Of a DNA stretch of 64,000 nucleotides, positions 34,277 to 46,399 are shown piece by piece; position 1 is the first letter of the stretch, and the number at the start of each line of letters is the position of its first letter. Made by a program: the position numbers and the translations under genes. Location of the stretch: contig NW_027362768.1 of assembly GCF_046119375.1 (NCBI RefSeq), forward strand, positions 46,190,001 to 46,254,000. The letters run 5' to 3'. The notes beneath the pieces were generated by a model. It worked only from the letters and a program-made list of their open reading frames with translations. It made no database searches and was not told the DNA's origin. The DNA comes from Phyllobates terribilis (taxonomy: Eukaryota).

Positions 34277-36759
34277 TTAAGTATATACTGAAATCTGCCT
34301 GGTATCTAGAAATGCATCCAGTCCCCGCTTGAACTGGTGTAGTGAATTCGACATTACCGTCTCCTCACTCAGTGAATTCCATATTCTCACTGCTCTTACC
34401 GTAAAGAACCCCTTCCTATGCTGGTGCTGAAACCTTTTCTCTTCCAGTCTTAGTGAATGCCCTCTTGTTACCGTAATATCTCTCCTTTTGAACAAATCCC
34501 GGGCAAGATCTCTATACTGTCCCCTAACATATTTGTACACATTTATTATGTCCCCCCTCAACTTTCTCTTTTCCAGGCTGAATAGTCCTAGTTTTGCCAA
34601 CCTCTCTGGGTATTGCAGTCCCTCCATTCCCTTTATTAATTTTGTTGCCCTCCTTTGTACCTTTTCAAGCTCATTTATATCCTTTCTATATATTGGGGCC
34701 CATAACTGAGCACAGTATAACAAGTGTGGTCTGACCAGTGCTTTGTACAGTGGAAGAACAATGTTCTCATCCTTTGCAGCTATACCTCTTCTGATACATC
34801 CCATTACCCTGTTTGCCCTTACAGCAGCGGCCTGACTTTGGGCACTCCAATTTAGTTTGCTATCAATCAAGATGCCCAAGTCCTTCTCCATCTCTGAATT
34901 CCCCAATGATTTCCCATTCAGTGAGTACTGGTGACTTCCATTTTTCCTTCCCATATGTATGACCTTACATTTCTCCTCGTTAAACCTCATTTGCCATTTA
35001 ATGCTCCACCTACCCAGCTTATCCAAATCCCTCTGTAGGTCTGCACTGTCCTTTTTTGTATTAATTGTTTTACATAACTTTGTGTCATCTGCAAATATTG
35101 ATATTTTATTATTTATCCCGTTGACTATGTCGTTAATAAAGATATTAAATAACATTGGGCCTAGTACAGACCCCTGTGGTACCCCACTAGTGACGCTTAC
35201 CCATTCTGAGTATATTCCATTTATAACCACCCTCTGTCTTCTATGCCTTAGCCAGTTTGCTACCCACTTGCAAACATTTTCCCCCAGCCCCATCATTCTC
35301 ATTTTGTATACCAGCCTATTATGTGGCGCCCTATCGAACGCTTACTGAGTCGTTTCTGTACCTCAACTTGGGTTAGATTAGTCATACTTAGTGGAGGATT
35401 AAGCTTGTCACTTCTCATTTCTCCTGTTAGTTCTATTTCCTTTGTGAAAGTTGTCGAAAAAAAAATATTTAATAGATTGGCTTTATCCTCATCTTTCTCT
35501 ATGATTTTGCCTTCCTCACTTTTTATCGGTCCAATATTATCCGGTTTAATCCTTTTACTATTTATATACGTAAAGAACAGTTTGGGATTTGATCTACTTT
35601 CCCTAGCAATACATTTCTCTGTTTCCTCCTTCGCTATTTTTATTTGTTTTTTGCAGGTTCTCGTTTTTTCCTTGCAACACATTAGTGCCTCCTTACTGTT
35701 TTCCTGTTTTAATCTCTTGAATGCCTCTTTTTTGCTATTTAACGCCCCTTTTACGTTCTTGTTCAACCATATTTGTTTCCTCTTATTTCGGGCCCTTTTA
35801 TTCCCATACGGTATATACCTCTCACACTGAGTATTCAGAATTCTTTTGAAGGTTTCCCATTTACTATTCGTATTCCTTTGATTAAGTACTTTGTCCCAGT
35901 CAATAAGTTGAAGGTTTTCTATCAGCTGATCAAACTTCACCCTCCTAAAGTTTAATGTTTTTGTTGTTACCTTATTGATAACCCTACTGAAGGGAATTTT
36001 GAAGTCGATATGATTATGGTCGCTATTACCTAGGTGCCCCCCTATCTGTACCTCAGTTATTCTATCAGGCCTATTAGTCAATATTAAGTCCAACACGGCC
36101 GTCCCTCTCGTTGGTTCCTGCACTAGTTGGGAGAGATAATTATCCTTAATATTTGTCAAGAACCTTTTTCCTTTCTGAGATCTACAGGTTTCTGTTTCCC
36201 AGTCAATATCCGGGTAGTTGAAATCCCCCATTACAATCACTTCATTATGTTTTGCTACTTTGTCTATTTGTCCTAATAGCAGATTCTCATTGTCCTCTGT
36301 TATATTTGGTGGCTTATAGCAGACCCCCAGTAATATTTTATTATTATTTTTTGCCCTCTCTATCTCTACCCACATGGACTCGACCCCCTCTTCTCCCTCT
36401 CCTATATCTTCCCTTAGTCTGGGTTTTAGACATGACTTTACATATAAGCAGACTCCTACGCCTTTCCCCTGTTTCCGGTCCCTTCTAAATAAACTATAAT
36501 CTAATAAATTTACCGCCCAGTCGTAGCTATCGTCTAGCCAAGTCTCTGTTATACCTACCATGTCATACCTCTCCTCCGATATAAGCGCCCGCAGCTCATC
36601 CGCCTTATTGGTCAGGCTTCTTGCGTTGGTCGGCATGCAAGATAAAACTTTGGGGTTATTTAGCATCCTATTCTTCTCTAACGATCTAACTGTACTATCC
36701 CCACCCCCCTCTCCACCCTCATTATATTCACTTCTCTCCTTCCCCCTTGCTTGCCTCAC
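34277..36759 (-). pseudogene. CR1 B ORF2, deleted and frameshifted near 35345
   Basis: APE domain intact; sequence jumps from VQKRLSK to AFDRAPH, removing the SPGPD..LDF region; GVPQGSVLGP and FADD remain in the 341-aa ORF. Confidence 0.92.
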
Positions 36760-36793
36760 ATCCCACCTATTTCCTTGGTTCCTCCCCCCGTCT

Positions 36794-37720
36794 CTAGTTT
36801 AAAAACTCCTCCAACCTATTAGCCATCTTCTTCCCCAGCACCGCTGCACCCTCCCCATTGAGGTGCAGCAGGTCCCTACGGTAGAGCCTGTAGCCGACCG
36901 CGAAGTCGGCCCAGTTCTCCATGAACCCAAAACCTTCTGCCTTGCACCAACTCTTTAGCCACTTATTCACCTCCCTAACTTCCCGTTGGCGCTCGTGTGT
37001 GGCTCGCGTGATTGGTAGTATTTCTGAGAAAACTACCTTGGAGGTCCTTGCCCTAAGCTTCCTACCTAGGTCCCTGAAATCATTTTTAAGGACCCTCCAT
37101 CTACCACTCACTTTATCATTGGTGCCGATGTGGACCATGACCGCTGGGTCTTCGCCAGCCCCACCCAGTAACCTGTCAACCCGATCTGCAATGTGCCGGA
37201 CTCGAGCGCCAGGGAGGCAGCACACCGTTCGGCGATCCCGGTCTTTGTGACAGACTGCCCTGTCTGTCCCCCTAATAATAGAGTCACCCACTACCAGAAC
37301 CTGTCTTGCCTGCCCTACACTTCCCCCCTCCCCCTCATTACTGGAGCATACACTCCCCCGGCGGTCAGAGGATCTGTCGTGCTCCAATAATGCCGGTTCT
37401 GAACCAGCCTTCCTATACTTCTTCCCTCTATCCCTCCTAACTGTTATCCAGCTCCCTGCCTGTTCGGCCTGCACTTCCCCTCTATGCTCCACCCCCAGTA
37501 TTGACCCATTGAGTGTCTGCTCGGTGAGCAGCAAACTCCGTTCTATGTTGTCGATGCTCCTCAGTACCGCTATCTGAGCACTTAGATCCAGAATTTGGGC
37601 TTCCAAGTGCACGATATGCTCACATCTCTCGCAGCAGTATGGATCCGCGAGCGGTTGCTCACGGAATGCATACATTGCGCAAGATGTACACTGCACGGCT
37701 CCGGCCAACAAGGACGTCAT
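36794..37720 (-). CDS. CR1 B ORF1p with Zn finger and SGNH esterase-like domain
   Basis: ATG at 37720; CTSC..CERC, VVGDSIIRG, HIGTND, LHLN. Confidence 0.9.
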   Translation of the reverse strand: MTSLLAGAVQCTSCAMYAFREQPLADPYCCERCEHIVHLEAQILDLSAQIAVLRSIDNIERSLLLTEQTLNGSILGVEHRGEVQAEQAGSWITVRRDRGKKYRKAGSEPALLEHDRSSDRRGSVCSSNEGEGGSVGQARQVLVVGDSIIRGTDRAVCHKDRDRRTVCCLPGARVRHIADRVDRLLGGAGEDPAVMVHIGTNDKVSGRWRVLKNDFRDLGRKLRARTSKVVFSEILPITRATHERQREVREVNKWLKSWCKAEGFGFMENWADFAVGYRLYRRDLLHLNGEGAAVLGKKMANRLEEFLN

Positions 37721-39169
37721 GGGGATACAGTCAGTATATATATATACAAGTACAAAACACAATTATTTATATATAGGTGTATTGACGGGGATCAATTAGG
37801 GATGTGCAAGTGTATCAATTAGATATCAGCGGGGGATCAGTTAAGTATGGACGGGGGATAAATTAAATATCAAGTATGGACGGGGGAATCAGATAAGTAG
37901 GTCAGGTGGATTAATTCAGTAAAAAGTAAAGTAAAGAAAGAATGAAATACAGTCAGCAATTCAGTCCTAAGTCCTCCCTTCCAAACTCCCTGAATCCAAA
38001 GTCACTGAAAAACAAGTCACACACTTACTTTCGTTCGCACTTACGCTCCAGACACACGCAGCTCGTTCACACTCGCAAACTAAGAGATTTAAAGAGTTTT
38101 TTTTTTTTTTTTTTCCTTTTCCAGCAATGTACCCTTCACCTCAATGCACTTCCAAAGGACTTGATGCCCAACCAGCTGCCCCTTATAAACCCTTAATTAT
38201 GACCTCTTCCCCTTAATTAACCCCTTGTGAGTAAATCTACACCTCAGGATTTTAGTGCAATGTAGTTAACCCTTAAATACACAGGTAGTAAACTAAGAAA
38301 CTAAAACTGTAGTGAGAAAATAGGTTTTAAAAAGCCCAATAAATCTAAACAGGTAGAAAAGCACTCAGCAGGTCACAATGCAGCACTCACCGCAATTCAC
38401 ACAGGTATTTTCTGCAGGATTCCCAAATACCTCTTCACTGAAAAACAAGTCACACACTTACTTTCGTTCGCACTTACGCTCCGGACACACGCAGCTCGTT
38501 CACACTCGCAATCTAAGAGATTTAAAGAGTTTTTTTTTTTTTTTTCCCTTTTCCAGCAATGTACCCTTCACCTCAATGCCCTTCCAAAGGATATGGTTTT
38601 TAAATTGAACTATTAAAAAATGTATTAAAAAAAGGAAAGTTTTTAAAAAAATGAACCCACAGTACTTTTCAAGAAATAATAGTAAAAAGCTTATACAAAA
38701 AATTGTTTAACCCCTTTACAACCCAAGGTGGTTTGCACTTTAATAACCAGGCCAAATTTTACAATTCTGAACACTGTCACTGTATGAGGTAATTACTCTG
38801 GAACGCTTCAACGGATTCCCCTGATTCTGTGTGTTTTTTCGTGACATATTGTACTTCATGATAGTGGTAAAATTTCTTCCATATCACTTGCATTTATTTG
38901 TGAAAAAAATGGAAATTTTGCAATTTTCAAAATTTGAATTTTTATGCCCTTAAATGAGAGAGATATGTCACACAAAATAATTAATAAATAACATTTCCCA
39001 CATGTCTACTTTACATCAGCACAATTTTAGAACCAAAATTTTTTTTTATTGGGGAGCTATAACGGTTAAAATTTGACCAGCGATTTCTCATTTTTCCAAC
39101 AAAATTTACAAAACCATTTTTTTAGGGACCATGTCATATTTAAAGTCACTTTGAGGGGTCTTTATGACA

Positions 39170-40440
39170 GAAAATACCCAAAAGTGACACCATTCTAAAA
39201 GCTGCACCCCTCAATGTGCTCAACACCACATTCAAGAACTTTATTAACCCTTCAGGTGCTTCACAGGAATTTTTGGAATGTGGAAGAAAAATATTAACAT
39301 TTATCTTTTTTCACAAAAATGTTATTTTAGACCCAATTTTTTTTATTTTTGCAGGGGCAACAGGAAAAAATGGACCACAAAATTTGTTTTTCAATTTCCA
39401 GTGGGCACACAGATACCCAATATGTGGGGAAAAAACACTGTTTGGGCACACTGCAGGGTTCGGAAGGGAGGGAGCGCCATTTGACTTTTTGAATGTAAAA
39501 TTTGCTTGAATAATTAGCGGACGCCATGTTGCATTTGGGGAGCCCCTAATGTGCCTAAACAGTGGAAACCCCCCACAATTGACACCATTTTGGAAACTAG
39601 ACCCCTCAGGGAACTTATCAAGATGTGTGGTGAGCACCTTGAACCCCCAGGTGCTTCACAGAAGTTTATAACATTGAGCCGTAAAAATAAAATTTTCATA
39701 TTTTTCCCACAAAAATGTTTTTCAGCCCCCACTTTTGCATTTTCATAAGGGTAACACTAGAAATTGCACCATGCAGTTTGTTGTGCAATTACTCCTGAGT
39801 AAGCAGATACCCCATATGTGGGGGAAAACCACTTTTTGGGCGCACGGCAGGGTTTGGAAGGGAAGGAGCGCCATTTGACTTTTTGAATGTAAAATTTACT
39901 TGAAGAATTAGCGGATGCCATGTTGCATTTGGGGAGCCCCTGATGTGCCTAAACAGTGGAAATCCCCCACAAGTGACACCATTTTGGAAACTAGACCCCT
40001 CAGGGAACTTATCTAGATGTGTGGTGAGCACTTTGAACCCCCAAGCCCTTTACAGAAGTTTATAACATGGAGCCGTGAAAATAAAAAAATCAAACTTTTT
40101 CCCCAAAAATGATGTTTTAGCCCCAATTTTTTTATTTTCTCAAGGGTAAGAGGAGAAAATGGACCACAAAAAGTTTTGTACAATTTCTCCTGAGTACGCC
40201 AATACCCCATATGTGGGGAAAATACAGTGTTTGGGTGCACGGCAGGGTTCAGAAGGGAAGGAGCACTGTGTGACTTTTTGAACGCAAAATCAGCTGGAAT
40301 CAAAAGCGGACGCCATGTCTCGTTTGGAGAGCCCCTGATGTGCCTAAATAGTGGAAACCTCCCACAAGTGACCCCATTTTGGAAACTACACCCCTCAAGG
40401 ATTTTATCAAGTGGTATAGTGAACATTTTGAACCAGAGGT
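39170..40440. repeat. ~395-bp tandem repeat, about 3.3 copies
   Basis: TTGGG..CAC.GCAGGGTT.GGAAGGG anchor at 39442, 39836 and 40231. Confidence 0.9.
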
Positions 40441-40490
40441 ACGACACAGAATTTGATAACATTTGGTCATAATATTGAATAAGTTGTCAT

Positions 40491-40776
40491 TAGTCTTGAG
40501 CGCAAGTGCTCACTACTTGACTTTGCATCGGGTACTCAGGTATGCACCATGTATCACGGGTGCTCAAGTGAAATTCTAGAGTCCCCCCCGTATGTTTCAC
40601 GGTTATTAGACACCCCCCCAAAAAAATGAGGGGATCGCTCGTGCATGGCAGCCAATCCGCACGAGGTTTTTTTGGCCGTGAAACATATGGGATGGAGACT
40701 TGAGCACCCGCGATACTCAATACATACCCGAGCACCCGATGCAAACTCAAGTAGCGAGCACTTGCGTTCAACACTA
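40491..40776. mobile_element. hAT MITE (286 bp) sharing TIRs with the large hAT elements
   Basis: TAGTCTTGAGCG...CGTTCAACACTA; 8-bp TSD GTTGTCAT/GTTGCCAT (7/8). Confidence 0.88.
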
Positions 40777-40832
40777 GTTGCCATATCGTCATCTTTTTTT
40801 TTTTTTTTTTTTACTTTTGAAAAAAAAAAAAC

Positions 40833-40918
40833 CCCTAACCCAACCCTAACCCTACCCTAGCCCAACCCTAACCCCAACCCTAACATTAGCACAACCCTAA
40901 CCCCAACCCAAGCCCTAG
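40833..40918. repeat. Degenerate (CCCTAA)n telomere-like tract
   Basis: CCCTAA, CCCAA and CCCTAG units over about 85 bp. Confidence 0.8.
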
Positions 40919-41748
40919 CGTTTATTTTTTACGCCGTTCCTAGTGTGGCATATGTGATTACACGACCTTATTCTTCGGGTTGGTGCGACTACAGAGATAC
41001 CAGAATCATATCGGGTTTTTATGATTGACAGCTGTCACACACTAAAAGACACATTTTGTAAAATCTAGTTTTTGCATCGCCATATTTTGAGAGCTATAAT
41101 TTTTCCATATTTTGGCCGACAGAGTCATGTGATGGCTTGTTTTTTGCAGGATGAGTTGACATTTTTATTGGTGCCATTTTCAGGCACTTGTAATTTTTTC
41201 ATCGCTTTCTATTCCAACTTTTGGGAGGCAGAATAAACAAAAACGAACAATTCAGGAATTGTTTTTTTTTTATTTTTCTTATTCTACTCCACGTGTGGTA
41301 AAATTGATAAGGTAGCTTTATTCTTCGGGTCAGTACGTTTACAGCGGTACCACATTTATATCGTTTTTCTATGTTTTGGCGCTTTTACACAATAAAAGCT
41401 ATTTTATTGAAAAAATTATTTTTTTGCATCGCTTTATTCTGTGAGCTATAACATTTTGATTTTTTGGATGATGGAGCGGTATGGCAGATTGTTTTTTGCG
41501 GGACAAGATGACATTTTCAGCGGTACAATTTTTATTTATATTCGTCTTTTTGATCGCGTGTTATTCCATTTTTTGATTGGCGGCATGATGACAAAGCATT
41601 GTTTTTTGCTTCGTTTTTTATTTTATTTTTTTATCGTGTTCACTAAAGGGGTTAACTAGTGGGACAATTTTATAGGTCAGGTCGTTCTGGACGCGGCGAT
41701 ACCAAATATGTGCACTTTTATTGTTTTTTTTTTTCATAATAATATTTA

Positions 41749-42380
41749 CGCTGTGTTCCAAATTATTATGCAAATAATATTTTCTGAGATTTTACCAAAT
41801 TACCTATATGAATTGCAGTCATTGTAATTTTACAGTCAAATAACTATTAGAGTACAATTGAAAGGTTTTTGTACAAACTGCCTAGGATAACAGTATATTT
41901 AAAAAAAAATAAAAAACTCAAACTGCACTAAAAATGCATGTTCCAAATTATTATACACAGCAGAGTTTTCAACCTTTTCATTTTAATAAAGAACAAAAAA
42001 ATGGTCATTTTTGAAATTATAAGCATTAGCAGGTTATTACAAACTGAAATCAAACAGTTTTCAACTCCAAACTTTATTCTAGGTGATGTTACATTTGCAC
42101 ATAGGACCGCTTGTTCGAAAGGAGCTTCTGAACTCTCTCGTTCATTGAATTTGTCAGGTTTTGGATGGTTTCTGCTTCAATTATTTTGTATGAGGACAGA
42201 ATACCCTCCCAGAGCTGTTGCTTAGATGGGAACTGCCTCCCACCATCATAGACACTCCTTTTGATGATGCTCCAGAGGTTCTCAATGGGGTTGAGGTCAG
42301 GGGAGCATGGGTGCCACACCAAAAGTTTGTCCCCTTTTATGCCCATAGTAGCCAGAGATGCAGATGTGTTATGTGCAGCT
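41749..42380 (-). mobile_element. Truncated Tc1: one IR/DR terminus plus transposase C-terminus
   Basis: TA then CGCTGTGTTCCAAATTATTATGCA, inner repeat TGTTCCAAATTATTAT near 41939; ORF 42089..42346 with WHPCSPDLNPIENLWSIIK. Confidence 0.9.
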
Positions 42381-42698
42381 TGTATTAATGGGTACGTTAT
42401 ATTTTTATTTTTGGTGAATTTTTTTTTTTAATAGATTTTTACAATTTTTTTACATTTTTTTTCACTTTCTTACAGTTTTTTTACTTTTTTACTTTGTCCG
42501 CTGCACATAGTACTGGGTGTCAGCTGTGACAATCAGCTGACACCCAGCGGCGATCGCGCCCGCACAGCCTGTGTGTGCGTGCGATCGCCATAACGTACTC
42601 ATACGGGTCAGGCTCTTAAGTCCCAGGGCACAGACGAGTATTAGTACGTCATGGGCTTTAAAGGGGTTAATTTCTAGACTCCTAAGATACATTATGTA

Positions 42699-43483
42699 CC
42701 GTATTTTGCATATTATAAAATACACCAGATTATAAGATGCACCCCAAAGTTTTTGGAGGAAAATGGGAAAACAATTCTTTTAAGAAAATCCTGGTGTGTT
42801 TTATAATCCACTTTTTCAGTAGATTACCTGAAGGGCGGTGGTGCTGGAGCGCGGTTCCAGTAGGCAAGGTCGCTGCTGCACCAAGCTGGCATAAGCAGAG
42901 GCAGGAGATGCCGTGGGCCCCAGGCTGGTAGGAAGTGGTGTTCAGTGGAAGTAGGAGTGGGGCAATGCTGCTGGCCCCAGGCTGGCAGAAGCAGGTGCTC
43001 AGCAGTGCACTGCCGACATTTTGTGAAAGCCTGGAGATCGCCTCCTCCAAACTTTCCATGATTTTTAATGCAGTAAACTCTGGGAAAATGGCCAGATTTG
43101 ACACATGCTCAATTGAGATCCCGGGAGCCAAGATCTCGGGAGAAGAGATCTTGATGCCGAGATCTCAATCTGAAAATGTGCCTCCTCCGGTGGCTATTTT
43201 CCCAGAGTCCTCCTCATTGAAAAGCATGGAAATTGTGGGGCTTCTGGCTTTCACAAAATGTTGACGGAGCCCCCTACACCCCTGACTACCCCCTTCCACC
43301 AGCCTGGGACCGGCAGCATCGTTCCACTCCTGCCACCGCTGCCACCAGAAGCTTCCAGCAGCAGCGACCCTGGGACCCCCCGCTCCACCACAGACAGTAA
43401 GCTTCAATTCGAATTATAAAATGCACCTTCATTTTTTTCCCAACTTTGGGGGGAAAAAAAGTGCATCTTATCAAAAAATATGG
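42699..43483. mobile_element. Tc2/pogo-like MITE with an internal ~250-bp imperfect hairpin
   Basis: TA-CCGTATTTT...AAAATATGG-TA termini; arms at about 43014-43130 and 43155-43265 are inverted copies. Confidence 0.75.
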
Positions 43484-45290
43484 TATTTAAAAACAAACAA
43501 AAATGTAAAACAAAATAATGGCTTCTCTGCCTGTGATATACAAGCCTAAGTTTTAGGATTCTGCTTTACCAGCAAAATAAGTGCAATGGGAATTGTACTA
43601 CACTTCTGGTTTGCAATTGCAGTGTATGAATATTAAATTTTTTTTTTTATTAAAGTGATAATGTGTTGTTAATATATTAAATCATAGTTAAATGAATATA
43701 GATGCACTCACTATGCAGCAACTGCACTTCTCTATCTCACTAAAATCTTTGGTTTATTGTTCACAGAATGACTACCGTTCCCATTTTCAATGCTCTTTAA
43801 CATTGCTTCAACACTACTAGATTAGTACAAAAAAAAGTCAAATTTGGGCCATTTTCTGTCCTTATGTGAATGTGCATTGTACCCTGACCTCTTATTCCTA
43901 CATTATAAAAGCATAGAATGGCACTGCTTGGTCATTTCCCAGTGCACTATGTAGTGAAAATGTTGGTCTCACATTAAAGCTACAGGTTGGTGTTCATAGG
44001 AGAACCATCAGCGCAGGCACAGGGCTCTTTAATAGACCTCAGGCTGCCATTTCAACCTATCCCAAGGGGCTGATGTGAACTTGTAATGGTGCATCCCCTG
44101 CACTACAAGCTGTAAATGCTGCTGTAAGAGATTCACAGCATCATTTTAGTGCTTAATAGCAGCTCATCTCCACCTTCTATAGTTAAAAGCTGATGATGTT
44201 ACACATCCATTATCTGCCGGGAAAGATGCAAGCTCAGTTTCTAAACTTGCATTAACAAAAAGAACCTGATATATGACATAATAGTATGTCATATGTTGGA
44301 AATAGGATATCATATTGTAGAATAAATATAGGTTTAATATCAAATAGCGTTGCACAGTTAGAGTATCTTTGAGTGCTTTTGACAAAGATTGGACCATTAG
44401 GAAGGAAAGTAAAATTCTGAAAAACAATTAGTAATAACATCAGTGAAAGTGTATAGGATTCTCAAAGAGAAGCCTGCAAGAACATTAACCAGGATAGGGT
44501 TACAGTCATGAAGTAGAATTATATCAGTTTTATACATTTTTCATATACGACCCAAGCTTCCTAACTTTGAATGAAGTTGTGAAATGTGAATTCCCCTAAT
44601 GAACTGAATCTTTCAGATATAAAATTATAATTTAGGTTACAGATAACATCATCTATGGTTGAAATTAAAGGGCTGTTACATTTGTGAGTAACTGCTATTT
44701 TTTAAATTATTAATAGTCATGAGCGAGCACTAAAATGCTCGGGTACTCGTTGCTCGGGTCGAGCACATTGTAAAACTCGGGTGCTCGACCCGAGCAACAA
44801 GCCCAATGTAAGTCTATGGGAAACTCGAGCATTTTTCAGGCGGCTCACCCGGCGGTCTGCAGAGGGCCTAAAAATTGCCCAAATTGATGGGTACAATGCT
44901 CAAATGACATGGGAACAGCATGGGCAAGACTCCTGGAAGTATTTATGACTCCCAGATCACTGCTGTCAACAATTTTGTCAGAGTATTACGCCACTTTTAC
45001 AGACTCACATAAAACATGCAAAAACTAAACCAAAATGGATTTTCCTGGGAAATATGTTAAGGAACATCCTTTCCGGGGTAATAACTTGTATATAAGACAA
45101 AATAAATAACCAAAAACAAAAATACTCCTCCACACCTTTGGCTATGTTCACATGTAGCGTTTTTGATGCATTTTTGCACTTTTGCATTGCTTTCAACCAA
45201 GACAAATGCATTCACCAGGAAATGTCATTTTAACATTTTACAACCTTATCTGGCCATGTGGTGTGTGACACATCATCAGACACATGCATA

Positions 45291-46309
45291 TGTGTCACCC
45301 TGGCCTGGATGCCACAAATATAATAAAGCTGTGTCTGAGAGCAAGGGGGAGGTCCTCTAGTCAACAATCATTAGCATGCAGCACCTCCTGTTCAGACCAG
45401 TAGGGGGAGCAGGCTGCCCCTATAAAAGCTGGAGTTGGGGGCAGGGTTAGGGAGAACGGGACAACCTGTCTCTGGATAGAGAAGTGTTCCAGAGCAGGGA
45501 CAGACAGTTGTGTTGCAGCCTAAGAGGACGTGTGGCAGTAGGAGAGCCACGAGCCAGGGACAAGAGGCGAAGTGCGCCTGTCCTGGCCGACGAAGAGACT
45601 AATCTACCAGACTTTGGTGTCTGAGGCTGTGAGGATTCCACGTCCTACAGCAGATAACCAGTCTGCAGGGGACTGTATGTTCCTTGGCCTAAGAAGCCTG
45701 GAGGCTCCGCCACAGCAGAGGGGACCAGCAAAGCCGTACCAGGCCGGGAGTAGAAAGGGACCCAAGTTGCAAGCCATACGGGCGAGAGGACACGGTGAGC
45801 TCGGGAACGTGGGCTGTTACACTAAAAGGAGGGAAATAGCCAGAAGGAGCACAGAGAGCATGGTAGGCCTACACCCTGACCCTGACCAGGGCCAGCTTCC
45901 CACTTGCTCTCAGACATCCAGGCCCCCTCCTAGCCGGGCCTGTTTCTGGGTCATATTACCTGTTCTAATAAAGACCCTGAACTGTTTAAGAGGCCTCCGT
46001 TTCCTGGCTATCGCGGTCGGAATCATCCCCTCCATCATCCATTATATATTCTGCCCTGGGGCCATACTCCTCCCGTGGGGAGTTGAACTATTCAGTGCTG
46101 CACATTTATATCAGCCCCAGTGGTCTGCACTGCAGCGGCGGTTAACCCTGACCGCAATCCACGGGTGGCGTAGTCAGACATTACCTACAGCACATAGCAG
46201 ACTACCACTGGTCTGACCACCCTGAGCCACGGAACCGGGTCACCACTACGACTCCCAGCATTGCCCTGAAGTCCGGTTCCGAATGCTCCACGGCCCAGGG
46301 GGCGAGTCA
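45291..46309 (+). mobile_element. Solo LTR (1019 bp) related to 17808-18832, inside hAT 2
   Basis: TGTGTCACCC...GAGTCA; flanks CATA/CATG; shares TAAAGACCCTGAACTG and CCCTGACCGCAATCCACGGGTGGCG blocks with the other LTR. Confidence 0.75.
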
Positions 46310-46399
46310 CATGCAGTGCTGAAAAGACATGGGAACAGCATGGGGAAGACCTCAGGAAGCATCTCTGACTCCCAGGTCACTGCCTAAAAGTGTGCCCAT

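Larger units (their letters stand above)
34064..38590 (-). mobile_element. CR1 LINE B (different family) with an internal RT deletion
   Basis: 3' tail CATAGTAACATACTAACATAGT on plus at 34064-34085; ORF1, split ORF2; ~160-bp block duplicated in the 5' UTR at about 38001 and 38435. Confidence 0.92.
38711..42666. mobile_element. Non-autonomous TTAA-site (piggyBac-like) element with nested insertions
   Basis: TTAA at 38707-10 and 42667-70; imperfect TIR CCCCTTTACAACCCAAG / CCCCTTTAAAGCCCATG; no transposase. Could be a composite of two related elements. Confidence 0.65.

Noticed and set aside
44174-44265. Possible 92-nt host exon on minus (VLFVNASLETELASFPADNGCVTSSAFNY, faintly WD40-like)
   Set aside because: Weak polypyrimidine tract and donor (GTGGAG), no partner exons, lacks the GH motif. 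RNA-seq or BLASTX would decide.
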